A DNA stretch of 64,000 bases, from contig CBFIDD010000001.1 in NCBI GenBank assembly GCA_965661285.1, forward strand, positions 32,001-96,000. The letters run 5' to 3'. Below are positions 38,817-48,227 of the stretch, one piece after another. A program made the translations under genes and the position numbers. The notes under the pieces were generated by a model that was not told the DNA's origin, did no database searches, and saw nothing but the letters and a program-made list of their open reading frames with translations. Origin of the DNA: Poseidonia sp. Lineage in GTDB: Archaea > Thermoplasmatota > Poseidoniia > Poseidoniales > Poseidoniaceae. Each line of letters starts with the position of its first letter. Within the stretch, counting starts at the first letter, position 1.

Positions 38817-39503
38817 TCATCCGAACAGGAGGATGTACCCGACGGCAAAGACCACCACATCGCACATGGCATGGGTGATGTAGGGAATCCAGATGCTTCG
38901 GTAGCGAACGTAGAGCCAACTGAACGCCGCTCCCCCAACGAACAGACCGAGGCAGGCCAAGAGGTTGGCTGTCAGGGAAAATCCGAGGAACCACAGGGCG
39001 AAAAAATGGTGCACCACGAAAACAAAAGCCGATGCGAAAATGGTCGGCCAGCCAGGGCCAAAAACAACCTCGCCTTTCTCAACGAGGAACCATCGAAACA
39101 CGTATTCCTCCAACACCGAATTTCCAACGGTCCAAAACACCGCCGCCGCAAGGTAGGTGCTGGGGTTGGTCAATCCGAAGGGTTCAAGGGTCAAGCGAAA
39201 CGTTTCGAGGTCCACACGAGACGCACCAATGAGGAACCATGCGAGCACCATGATGACGCAAAAAACAACCCCCATGGCCGTTGCCGCGACGATACCGCCG
39301 TTGTTGACCGGCGACCACGACCATGGTTTTCGGTCGACCTTGAGATGCCACCACAGCGGCAGGCCAAGCATCCAAGCCTTTGACAAAAACCATGCGAGTT
39401 GTCCCAGCAGACCTTCCCCCGTACCGAAGGACGTCAAAATGGAGGCGGTGGGGGCCAAGCCAACCAAAACGAGGGCCAGCCATGCCAGTCGTTTTTCCGA
39501 CAC
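38817..39503 (-). CDS. CPBP (CAAX/Abi) family intramembrane glutamic endopeptidase
   Basis: NSVLEEYVFRWF, FVVHH and ITHAMCD motifs; GAGGTG upstream of the GTG start. Confidence 0.9.
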   Translation of the reverse strand: MSEKRLAWLALVLVGLAPTASILTSFGTGEGLLGQLAWFLSKAWMLGLPLWWHLKVDRKPWSWSPVNNGGIVAATAMGVVFCVIMVLAWFLIGASRVDLETFRLTLEPFGLTNPSTYLAAAVFWTVGNSVLEEYVFRWFLVEKGEVVFGPGWPTIFASAFVFVVHHFFALWFLGFSLTANLLACLGLFVGGAAFSWLYVRYRSIWIPYITHAMCDVVVFAVGYILLFG

Positions 39504-39629
39504 GCCATGCACCTCATTCGATGAGCCGACATCATTGATGTTGGCCTTTCCGTGCTCCCCTCCTTGGTTTGTAAGCCCTTTCCCATCGTGCAGCACAAGC
39601 ATCATAGCCCAACCTCTCGTGTTTGTGGC

Positions 39630-40376
39630 ATGGCCGTTGACCGGGTGCAATGGGGGGCAGAGGCCTGGCAGTTTGCGGACCTCTACATGCCCGACGATCC
39701 CTCCCCGTTCCAGAAAGACGAGGGGATTCCCTGCGTCATGCTCATCCACGGTGGATTTTGGAAAGCGAAGTACACGCTCGACCTCATGCAGCCCATCGCT
39801 GAAGACCTGGCGGAAGCCGGTGTGGCTGCATGGAACGTTGAATTCAAGCGATGGTCACCCGATGAGGAGGGGGTGTGGATGGACACCCTCTCGGATGTGC
39901 TACGAGCGTGGGGCCACCTCGGCTTGCTGCGCGGCATCGACATCGCCCGCTCCATGGTGATGGGCCATTCGGCAGGCGGGCAACTCGCGCTCTTGATGAG
40001 CGCCAAGGCGGAACGAAAACCATGGCTGGCCGTGGCCCAAGCGCCCCTCACCGATTTGGTGGGTGCTGACCACGCATCGCTTTCCGACGAAGGTGATGCT
40101 GTTCGACGGTGGATTGGCTGCGCACCGGAAAGCAATCCAACCTTGTGGAGTCAACTCAACCCCGTTGACCATCCGCCGAAAACCAGCGTGTTGCTGTTTC
40201 ATGGCGAGGAGGACGTCGACGTTCCTCTTGAGCAATCCGAAACCTACGCCCGAGTGATGAAGGCCAAGGGCGCCGATGTCCAGAAGGTATGGCTTCCCGG
40301 CAATCACTACGACATCATTGACGTGGCTTCCGACGATTGGCTGGTTCAACTCAACACCGTCCTCGACTGGTTGTAA
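39630..40376 (+). CDS. alpha/beta hydrolase (HGG / GxSxG esterase-formamidase-like)
   Basis: LIHGGFW, MGHSAGGQLA, FHGEEDVDVP and GNH motifs. Confidence 0.9.
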   Translation: MAVDRVQWGAEAWQFADLYMPDDPSPFQKDEGIPCVMLIHGGFWKAKYTLDLMQPIAEDLAEAGVAAWNVEFKRWSPDEEGVWMDTLSDVLRAWGHLGLLRGIDIARSMVMGHSAGGQLALLMSAKAERKPWLAVAQAPLTDLVGADHASLSDEGDAVRRWIGCAPESNPTLWSQLNPVDHPPKTSVLLFHGEEDVDVPLEQSETYARVMKAKGADVQKVWLPGNHYDIIDVASDDWLVQLNTVLDWL

Positions 40377-40457
40377 AACCAACAACCGCATCCGACGATG
40401 ACCTCCTGCTTTTGGCCGCATCCCAAGGCCTATGACCTATGGGGAATTCCACCGCTC

Positions 40458-41273
40458 ATGGACCTCCTCGGCAGCGACTACCCGTTTCTCCCAACCGCCC
40501 TCGAGGGCAAGCACGCCTTTGTTTGCGGTGCGAGCAAAGGCATCGGTGAAGCCACTGCGAAAATGATGGCCAAAGCCGGTGCCCATGTGACGGTGTGTGC
40601 GCGAAACGGTGCTGCGTTGACCGCCCTGTGCGAGGAACTTGATCGCCTCGGTTCAGGCCGACACCAGGCGCTGATGCTCGATTTGGAAGAAACGGACAGC
40701 ATCGCATCGGCCTTTGACTCCGCTGTGGAGACGCTCGGCCCGGTTCACATCCTCATCAACAACGCCGGCGGCCCACCTGGAGGACCCCTGCTGAACAACG
40801 AAGTGGGCGACTTTGAAGCCCCGTTCCGCCGCCACCTTCACGCCGCTCACACCTTGGTCAAAGCCGCTGCCCCCGGGATGGAAGCAGCCGGCTACGGCCG
40901 CATCATCCAAATCATCTCAACATCGGTGAAAGAACCCATTCCAAACATTGGCCTGTCCAATACACTCCGAGGCGCCATGGCGTCGTGGGCCAAATCCATG
41001 TCCAACGAACTGGCGCCCTGCATCACCATCAACAACGTGCTGCCTGGATTCACCGACACCGACCGACTGGGCAACCTTTCCGCATCCATTCAGGAACGGA
41101 CAGGTAAATCTGCCGCCGATGTTCGAGCAGGCTGGTTGAACCAAGTGCCCATCGGCCGCCTCATCGACCCGCTTGAGACCGCCAGTGCCATCACATACCT
41201 CAGCCTGCCAGCCTCCGGTGGTATTCGAGGCGTGAGCTTGGCGGTTGATGGCGGACGACTTCGCTCCATCTGA
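40458..41273 (+). CDS. atypical SDR oxidoreductase
   Basis: CGASKGIG, NNAGGPPGG, ISTSVKEPIPNIGLSNTLR (no YxxxK) and VDGG. Confidence 0.92.
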   Translation: MDLLGSDYPFLPTALEGKHAFVCGASKGIGEATAKMMAKAGAHVTVCARNGAALTALCEELDRLGSGRHQALMLDLEETDSIASAFDSAVETLGPVHILINNAGGPPGGPLLNNEVGDFEAPFRRHLHAAHTLVKAAAPGMEAAGYGRIIQIISTSVKEPIPNIGLSNTLRGAMASWAKSMSNELAPCITINNVLPGFTDTDRLGNLSASIQERTGKSAADVRAGWLNQVPIGRLIDPLETASAITYLSLPASGGIRGVSLAVDGGRLRSI

Positions 41274-41282
41274 GGTGAAATC

Positions 41283-42131
41283 ATGGATGCCGAAGTCTCC
41301 CCTGAAATGGCTGCTCAAGTGCTGAGTATGCTCACAGACGGCGGGTCAATGGACCACATCAACACTTCCTTGGCCCTTCACTTGATTCCTCTCGCACAGG
41401 AACTCGACGACCACGAACTGGTGGAGCAGCTCTTGGAACACGCCAGGAACATCGCCTCCAACGACGAAGAGCGAGGGTGGGCGAAATTTGAGGCCCTCAA
41501 GGTGATGGAAGCGAAGATCGAAAGTTATCTCCCCCTCGCTGAAGAAGCCGAGCAACTCGAAGGTGCACAAGCGCTCTCAGCAGCGGTCAATCACTACGTG
41601 GCTCTGCTCTATCTGGCAGAAGACCGGCTGGACGAAGCCCGGGCAACCGCCCAACATGCGCTTCGCCTTCGCCACCTGCTCGAAGACAAGCAAGGCCTCT
41701 CGTACGGCATGGCGCTCCTGATGGCTATCGCCAAGCGGCAACACGATGAGGAGACGGCCATCGCGGTTGGAACGGAACGATTGGAATTGCTCATGACCCT
41801 CAAAGACGAGGAAGGCCAAATGGAGGTTCTGGCAGATTTGGCCCACAGTCAAGCGACCATCGGCGAGTTCAACACCGCACAGGACCTGTTCGAACAATCC
41901 TTGGAACGAGCCAAGGCCTTGGGAAGCCTCTCGGGTCAACTGGTTGCGAGGTGGGGGCTGGCGGATTTGGCCGAGATACGCGAAGACTACCAAGCCGCCA
42001 TGCTGGTCCTCTCCGATGCACTCCACGAATTCATCGGCGAAGACTTGGCCGCCCCTGCACAACTCAAACAACGCATCAACGATTTGACCAACCTGAAGGA
42101 CAAGCCAAACCCGAGCGGCGACGAAGCCTAG
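41283..42131 (+). CDS. TPR-like helical repeat protein
   Basis: Repeated A...L..A helices (LADLAHSQATIGEFNTAQDLFEQSL; LADLAEIREDYQAA). Confidence 0.75.
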   Translation: MDAEVSPEMAAQVLSMLTDGGSMDHINTSLALHLIPLAQELDDHELVEQLLEHARNIASNDEERGWAKFEALKVMEAKIESYLPLAEEAEQLEGAQALSAAVNHYVALLYLAEDRLDEARATAQHALRLRHLLEDKQGLSYGMALLMAIAKRQHDEETAIAVGTERLELLMTLKDEEGQMEVLADLAHSQATIGEFNTAQDLFEQSLERAKALGSLSGQLVARWGLADLAEIREDYQAAMLVLSDALHEFIGEDLAAPAQLKQRINDLTNLKDKPNPSGDEA

Positions 42132-42177
42132 TGCTCCACACCCATTATGAGCCATGGCGGTTTGGGAAGAACGGTGA

Positions 42178-43434
42178 GTGAACATGGAGCATGACATCTT
42201 CTTCTCCATCTCACAAACCCCTGATGAAGACGGCCATATTCCATCCGAGGCCACGATGTTGCGGAATTATTTCCAGCAACTGGAATGCGCTGACCGTCTT
42301 GGTTTCGGCGTGGGATGGATTGCTCAAGCCCACCTCTCAACCGAGACCCAGAAGTCAAACCAACGTCCGGTCGTGCCCCATTGGAAGGGCGAGGTTGGGC
42401 TCTGCACCGACTTTCCTCAACTCGCTTTGGAATCGTTTCGCCGCACCAACCGCATCGAAATTGGCAGCGCAGTGGTGTCCATTCTCGCCTCCGGAGGCCC
42501 CATCGCTCAGGCCGAACGCATGGCGAACCTCTTGAGCCTGCACGGCCTTGATGAGGACGAACACCGATGCTTGCACGTCGGGTTCTCAGCAGGGCGGTTT
42601 GAATTCATGGCCCGGCCCTATGGCGTCGTGCCCCGCAACGCGATTGAGGAAGCCGCGTGGCCGGCCCTACGAGGTCAAATCTTCATGGAGGCCGCCGAGA
42701 TTTTCCTGCGATTGTTGCGTGGCGACGTCATCAACTCCACCATGATTCGACCCACCGTGTTGACCCGAGCAAACTTCCGAAGCGATGGGGATTGGGAGGC
42801 CGTCCAAGACGCAGCGGTTGAATTTGAGGCGCTCGAAACGAGGCCTGAATCCATTGCGATTCCATCGAAGTACGTGTTTGAAGACCTCAAAATCATTCCA
42901 ACTGAGTTCCGTCGGTCGTTGTTGAAATTGGTCGCAGGCACGCACGACCCTCGAGCACAAACCTTCGTGAACAGCATTCTTCCCGTGAAGGTCTTCAACC
43001 TCTCCATCACCTCGCCCGAGGTCATTGATGCGACGCACGAGCGCATGCGGGAAGTCTACCACCCCGACGGCGGTGCTTGGAAGCGTAGCGACATGCCCCG
43101 AACGAGTTTTGTGTTCTTGAACGCCGAGGCCGGATTGACGCCGGAAGAACAGAGTGCTGCGGCGCAAATTGAAGCCGACCAGGCCCTCAGCGCTTACTGG
43201 AACGCACTCGAGGGGACCATCGACCCGGACAAGGTTTCCAAAGCCGCCAACAACGCTCTCATCGGCAACGTCGAAGAGGTGGCCCAACAGATGGTCGAAC
43301 GGTTCCACCCCGAGGACCGCATCATGGCGTGGTTTGATTTCTTCAACCACGATTCAGAACGTGTCTGCCGAAACATGACGGCCTACATGGAACAGGTGGT
43401 GCCACTGGTTGAGACGATGCTCAAGGAGGCGTAA
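42178..43434 (+). CDS. LLM class (luciferase-like) flavin-dependent oxidoreductase
   Basis: ADRLGFGVGWIAQAH, TNRIEIGSAV, PIAQAE, VGFSAG and ALIGNVEEVAQQM...MEQVVP follow the luciferase TIM-barrel pattern. Confidence 0.87.
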   Translation: MNMEHDIFFSISQTPDEDGHIPSEATMLRNYFQQLECADRLGFGVGWIAQAHLSTETQKSNQRPVVPHWKGEVGLCTDFPQLALESFRRTNRIEIGSAVVSILASGGPIAQAERMANLLSLHGLDEDEHRCLHVGFSAGRFEFMARPYGVVPRNAIEEAAWPALRGQIFMEAAEIFLRLLRGDVINSTMIRPTVLTRANFRSDGDWEAVQDAAVEFEALETRPESIAIPSKYVFEDLKIIPTEFRRSLLKLVAGTHDPRAQTFVNSILPVKVFNLSITSPEVIDATHERMREVYHPDGGAWKRSDMPRTSFVFLNAEAGLTPEEQSAAAQIEADQALSAYWNALEGTIDPDKVSKAANNALIGNVEEVAQQMVERFHPEDRIMAWFDFFNHDSERVCRNMTAYMEQVVPLVETMLKEA

Positions 43435-43436
43435 TC

Positions 43437-44555
43437 ATGGGGGTTCACCACGATACTTTTTCGGCCGTTCAACCCGGAAAACCCGGCTCTGCCATGTACC
43501 CCGAATCGCCGCTGGGCGAAAAGGTCGAAGGCATCCCGACCGGCCGGGATGTTGACTGGGAGCCGCTCGTGGACTATCGCCGAAACGGTGTCTCGGAAAC
43601 CACCATTCATGGTGCCGTCGCTTGGGCGCACGGCGACGAAGTGATCCACTCCTTTGGAGGCGACGTCCTCTGCTACGGCCGCTCAATGATGAAGCCCTTC
43701 ATGCTGAAAGCGTTCACGGACGAACTCGAAGATTGTTCATGGGAACAGAAGGCCATCGCCGTCGCCTCGCACAACGGCGACACCGAACACGTCGCGGCCG
43801 CCCAATCGCTGCTCAGCGAATCTGAATGGCCACTGATGCTCACGCCGCTGGATGTGCCACTGATTCAATTCGGGCGACAGGTTCGGCGGCCACGGCGCTG
43901 GTTTCACACCTGTTCGGGTGAACATGCAGCCATTCTGCGAGGCTGTCGCATGAAAGGCTGGAAGCGGGCCGGCTACACGCTACCAACGCACGAAGTCTTC
44001 CACGCCTACATGGAACAGTTGCGCACCTACCTCGGCGAGGATTGGGAGCCTCTTCGCATCGCCAAAGACGGTTGCGGCTTACCAACCGTCTCCAACACCG
44101 TCTCTGAATTGGCACAGATTTACGCCGGTCTGGTCCGCGACAAGGACGACGACTGGATTTGGGAAGCCATGGTACGACACCCCGACCTTGTGGGTGGATT
44201 CAATCGCCTCGATTCCACCGTCCTCAAAGCGGGGGAAGGCCGCGTCATCGCCAAGGAAGGCGCCGATGGTTTGCTTGGCATGGCCATTGAACACCCCGAC
44301 TATCCCAAAGGGCTGGGCATCGTCGTGAAAATTGCTCATGGTTGGAACTCCCAGGCCACATGGTATGTCGCAAGGGCGTTGCTGGGTGTGCTCGGCATCA
44401 ACTTGCGGAACCCCTACCCGCTCCACCGCCAAAAGGCGTTCATCGTCCCGGGCATCGTGCCCGAACGCTATGTTGAGGTCCTCGAAACCGTACCGACATG
44501 GGACGAATGGGACCCCGACCAGGACCGTTGGCATTTCGACCATGAGGTGAGTTGA
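43437..44555 (+). CDS. asparaginase II (Rhizobium etli AnsA / class 3) family protein, variant active site
   Basis: RSMMKPF, ASHNG, HTCSGEH, DGCGLP and AKEGADG motifs. Confidence 0.85.
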   Translation: MGVHHDTFSAVQPGKPGSAMYPESPLGEKVEGIPTGRDVDWEPLVDYRRNGVSETTIHGAVAWAHGDEVIHSFGGDVLCYGRSMMKPFMLKAFTDELEDCSWEQKAIAVASHNGDTEHVAAAQSLLSESEWPLMLTPLDVPLIQFGRQVRRPRRWFHTCSGEHAAILRGCRMKGWKRAGYTLPTHEVFHAYMEQLRTYLGEDWEPLRIAKDGCGLPTVSNTVSELAQIYAGLVRDKDDDWIWEAMVRHPDLVGGFNRLDSTVLKAGEGRVIAKEGADGLLGMAIEHPDYPKGLGIVVKIAHGWNSQATWYVARALLGVLGINLRNPYPLHRQKAFIVPGIVPERYVEVLETVPTWDEWDPDQDRWHFDHEVS

Positions 44556-46003
44556 TGAAGCCGATCATGAACTTCATCAACGGCGAATTTCAGCCCGCTG
44601 CTTCCGGAGCGGTCATGGAAACGGTCAATCCGGCTACAGGCGAAAGCATCACCACCCTGCCACGCTCCAACGCTGAAGATGTGGCACTCGCCACACGGGC
44701 CGCCCTCGAAGCAGGACCGGCATGGGCCGCCACGAGCCTCGAAGAACGCATGGCCTGGCTTCACCGCATCGCTGATGCGCTCGAGGAGGAGGCTGAAACC
44801 ATTGCACAACTCGAAAGCATGGACACCGGGAAACCCATCGCATTGGCCCGCCAAGTTGACGCTGCTCGTTCCGTGGCAAATTTCCGTTTTTTCGCTGACT
44901 TTGGACGCGACCACACCGAGCCGACCTTCGTTGACCATGGGGCCATCAACCACGTGCACCGCTCACCGGTCGGCTGCGTTGGACTCATCACGCCGTGGAA
45001 TCTCCCCCTCTACTTGCTCACCTGGAAAGTCGCGCCCGCCTTGTTGATGGGCAACACCATCGTGGCCAAACCCTCGGAACTGACCCCGATGACCGCCAAC
45101 CACCTCGCCAAGGTGCTGAAGCGTCTCGACTTTCCAAAGGGCGTTTTCAACCTCGTACACGGTCTTGGCCCCGAGGTGGGACAGGCCATTGTTGAACACC
45201 CAGACATACGAGGTATCTCCTTCACCGGCGGCACGGCCACGGGGAAAATCGTCGCTGCCACAGCCGCTCCGATGTTCAAGAAACTCTCCCTTGAACTCGG
45301 CGGAAAAAACGCCACCATCGTTCTGGCCGATGCACCGCTTGATTCGGTCATGGACGGGATCGTCCGAGCCTCGTTTACCAACTCCGGACAGGTGTGCTTG
45401 TGCGGCTCACGTGTGCTGGTGGACGCCACCATCTACGACCGCTTCAAGGCCAAGTTTATCGAAGCCGTCAACGGCATCGTCGTTGGCGACCCCACCAAGG
45501 AGAACACGGTCATGGGGTCGGTGATCTCCTCGGACCACCAAGCCAAAGTCGAATCGTACATCGAACTCGGCCGGCAAGAAGGCGGTACGGTGTTGACCGG
45601 TGGGCTGGCTTCTGAGGCACCGGTGGAGGGTGTCTCACCAAACGGAGCCTTTCTTCGACCGACCGTCATTGAAGGCTTGAGCCACACCACTCGCACCGCC
45701 ACCGAGGAAATCTTCGGGCCGGTGGTCACCCTTCATGCCTTCACCACGGAAGACGAAGCTGTTGCGATGGCCAACGCCACCGAATACGGCTTGGCAGGTT
45801 CGGTGTGGACGGCCGATGTGGAGCATGGACACGCCTTTGCGCAACGAATTGATACCGGCATCGTCTGGGTGAACACGTGGCTCAACCGAGACTTGCGGAC
45901 ACCCTTCGGCGGCGTCAAACAATCGGGAGTGGGAAGGGAAGGCGGTGCATGGTCGCTGAACTTTTTCTCTGAATTGACCAACATCTGTGTTCAGCAACCC
46001 TGA
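44555..46003 (+). CDS. aldehyde dehydrogenase, 2-aminomuconate/2-hydroxymuconate semialdehyde dehydrogenase (ALDH8/AmnC) type
   Basis: ITPWNLPLYLLTWKVAPAL, FTGGTATG, LELGGKNA, NSGQVCLCGSR, EEIFGPV and RDLRTPFGGVKQSGVGREGG; gene context supports the subtype. Confidence 0.88.
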   Translation: MKPIMNFINGEFQPAASGAVMETVNPATGESITTLPRSNAEDVALATRAALEAGPAWAATSLEERMAWLHRIADALEEEAETIAQLESMDTGKPIALARQVDAARSVANFRFFADFGRDHTEPTFVDHGAINHVHRSPVGCVGLITPWNLPLYLLTWKVAPALLMGNTIVAKPSELTPMTANHLAKVLKRLDFPKGVFNLVHGLGPEVGQAIVEHPDIRGISFTGGTATGKIVAATAAPMFKKLSLELGGKNATIVLADAPLDSVMDGIVRASFTNSGQVCLCGSRVLVDATIYDRFKAKFIEAVNGIVVGDPTKENTVMGSVISSDHQAKVESYIELGRQEGGTVLTGGLASEAPVEGVSPNGAFLRPTVIEGLSHTTRTATEEIFGPVVTLHAFTTEDEAVAMANATEYGLAGSVWTADVEHGHAFAQRIDTGIVWVNTWLNRDLRTPFGGVKQSGVGREGGAWSLNFFSELTNICVQQP

Positions 46004-46041
46004 GAACACATGTTCAAATGCTAGCCAAGCGGAGGCAAACC

Positions 46042-46770
46042 ATGGACGACAAAGCCCTTCCGCTGTTCGTCCTGCCCATGGTCTTGTTTCCCGGTGAACT
46101 TCAGGAACTGCGTGTGTTTGAACCAAGGTACCGACAGATGCTGGATACCTGCATTTTGGATGAGCGCCCGTTTGGTTTGGTGATGAACGACCCCTTCGCA
46201 CCCACCAACGGTTGGGATGGCCCCCGGCCGCACGGATGCGAGGCCATCATTCTCAATCACGAGACACGGGGCGTAAATCATTTCATCACCATCACCGGAG
46301 GACGTCGTTTCTTTGTCGAAGAGGTCATTGAGCCAGCACTCCCTCCGTTTTCTGACCCGTCCATGGCCACGCTGGTTGAAGAAGGATTAACCCCGGACGT
46401 CGACACCTTGCTGCAACATCTTCCGGAAGACGCCAACCACAGCAAATTGTACATCTCTGCCAAGGTCAACTACCTCGAGGAGGTGGGCGAATTGAACGAG
46501 GACGACAAAGGGTTCTTGCGCACACTGACCCGAACCATCGTCCACCGTGCGGGCCGCGGCATGAACGTGGACGTCGATGTGTTGGACGGCTGGGTCGAAT
46601 CCATCTGTGAGGAACAAATCTCTGAGCGAAAAGAGTCCATCTACAACATCGCCGCCTTGTGCCTTAACGACTTGGAAGGGCGTCAACAACTGCTGGCGAG
46701 TGCCAACGCAGAAGAGGCCCTGCACGAGCTTCAAAACCAAGTCTTTGGCTTCGCTGGCGAGGCAGAATAA
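46042..46770 (+). CDS. stand-alone LON peptidase substrate-binding domain protein
   Basis: [14 protein letters not shown]...[12 protein letters not shown]...FGLV and ITGGRRF motifs. Confidence 0.87.
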   Translation: MDDKALPLFVLPMVLFPGELQELRVFEPRYRQMLDTCILDERPFGLVMNDPFAPTNGWDGPRPHGCEAIILNHETRGVNHFITITGGRRFFVEEVIEPALPPFSDPSMATLVEEGLTPDVDTLLQHLPEDANHSKLYISAKVNYLEEVGELNEDDKGFLRTLTRTIVHRAGRGMNVDVDVLDGWVESICEEQISERKESIYNIAALCLNDLEGRQQLLASANAEEALHELQNQVFGFAGEAE

Positions 46771-46813
46771 CCGCAGGCGACGAGTTCAAAACACCGTGAG
46801 CGGTGGAACCGCT

Positions 46814-47635
46814 ATGTCCGTTTACAGCGAAGCGCGGAAAGTCACCACGCACACGCTTCAGGAAATGAAGCGCGCAGGTGAGAAAATCACCATGCTCACC
46901 GCCTACGACTATTCCCTGGCGCGACTTGTCGACCAGGCGGGTGTTGATGTCATTCTTGTTGGCGACTCCGCCTCCAACGTCATGGCAGGCCAAGTCACCA
47001 CGGTGCCGATGACCCTCGACCACATGATCTACCACGCCCAATGCGTTGAGCGGGCCGTTGACCGCGCCCTCCTCGTGGTGGACATGCCGTTTGGCTCCTA
47101 CCAGGGCAATTCTCGCCAAGCCCTTGAGTCGGCCATTCGCATCATGAAAGAATCGAGCGGCCACGCCGTCAAACTGGAAGGTGGCGCTGAAATCGTGGAA
47201 TCCATTGAACGCATCTTAACCGCCGGCATCCCCGTCATGGGACATCTCGGATTGACCCCACAGTCCATCTACAAATTTGGCACCTACTCCGTCCGTGCCA
47301 AAGAAGAGGAGGAAGCGGAGAAGTTGATCGCCGACGCCAAGGTGTTGGAGGCTGCTGGATGCTTTGCCATCGTGCTTGAAAAAATTCCACGCGAACTCGC
47401 CAAGCGTGTCTCGCAAGCCCTAACCATTCCCACCATCGGCATCGGTGCTGGGCCTGATGTGGACGGGCAAGTGCTCGTGCTTCACGACCTGTTGGGCATC
47501 ACGATGGACTTCTCTCCACGCTTCCTTCGCCGCTACCTCAACCTCGCAGAGGACATCGACGGGGCCATCAAGGGATACTGTGCCGATGTGCGCTCCGGGG
47601 ACTTTCCCAACGACGATGAATCGTACACCTCGTGA
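46814..47635 (+). CDS. panB: 3-methyl-2-oxobutanoate hydroxymethyltransferase
   Basis: [40 protein letters not shown] and IGIGAG...DGQVLV motifs. Confidence 0.97.
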   Translation: MSVYSEARKVTTHTLQEMKRAGEKITMLTAYDYSLARLVDQAGVDVILVGDSASNVMAGQVTTVPMTLDHMIYHAQCVERAVDRALLVVDMPFGSYQGNSRQALESAIRIMKESSGHAVKLEGGAEIVESIERILTAGIPVMGHLGLTPQSIYKFGTYSVRAKEEEEAEKLIADAKVLEAAGCFAIVLEKIPRELAKRVSQALTIPTIGIGAGPDVDGQVLVLHDLLGITMDFSPRFLRRYLNLAEDIDGAIKGYCADVRSGDFPNDDESYTS

Positions 47636-48130
47636 TCACATCAGCAGGCTGAAGTACAACAGCGAGCCACCCAAGGCCCCGATGTTCACGCCCATGGTGT
47701 GCCAAATGGCGAGCCGAAACGGAGGCAAGTGAAAACGCCACCATGAGGTGCTGACCCATATCCACAACACGGTGGCGAGATAGCCACCGCACACAAACCC
47801 ACCCATACCGGTGGACCAGACGAACAACAGCGGTACGCCGAGTGCGGCAATGCCGCCGAGATAGTCCAACCACATGGATTGGGGATGCGGCGTCAGCCAG
47901 CGGTGAAGCAACGGGGAAAAGAGCATCATGATGAGCAATCCGCCCTGAGGTGGATTGGGCAAGCCGTAGGTCAAATGCGGGGAAACCGTGGCCTGCCAAA
48001 CGGCACCTGCGACCATACCAAACAGCGTGGGGAACATGACGTTGACCCACGTTTCGGACCAGGTTGCGGAGACGGGTTGCTGAACGAGGAGTTCAGTCGA
48101 AGGGGACGCTTCGGCCTCTCCCGCTTCCAT
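47636..48130 (-). CDS. hypothetical membrane protein
   Basis: About 5 hydrophobic segments from MEAGEAEAS; fills the gap between panB and amnB. Confidence 0.7.
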   Translation of the reverse strand: MEAGEAEASPSTELLVQQPVSATWSETWVNVMFPTLFGMVAGAVWQATVSPHLTYGLPNPPQGGLLIMMLFSPLLHRWLTPHPQSMWLDYLGGIAALGVPLLFVWSTGMGGFVCGGYLATVLWIWVSTSWWRFHLPPFRLAIWHTMGVNIGALGGSLLYFSLLM

Positions 48131-48227
48131 GTGTAGACCCAATCCTGCCGCTTGTTTAGGGCTTCGTGTTGACCTTGGCTTGGTGGGGTGCCGATGATGA
48201 ATTAAACCTCGGTGCAGTGCGACATCC

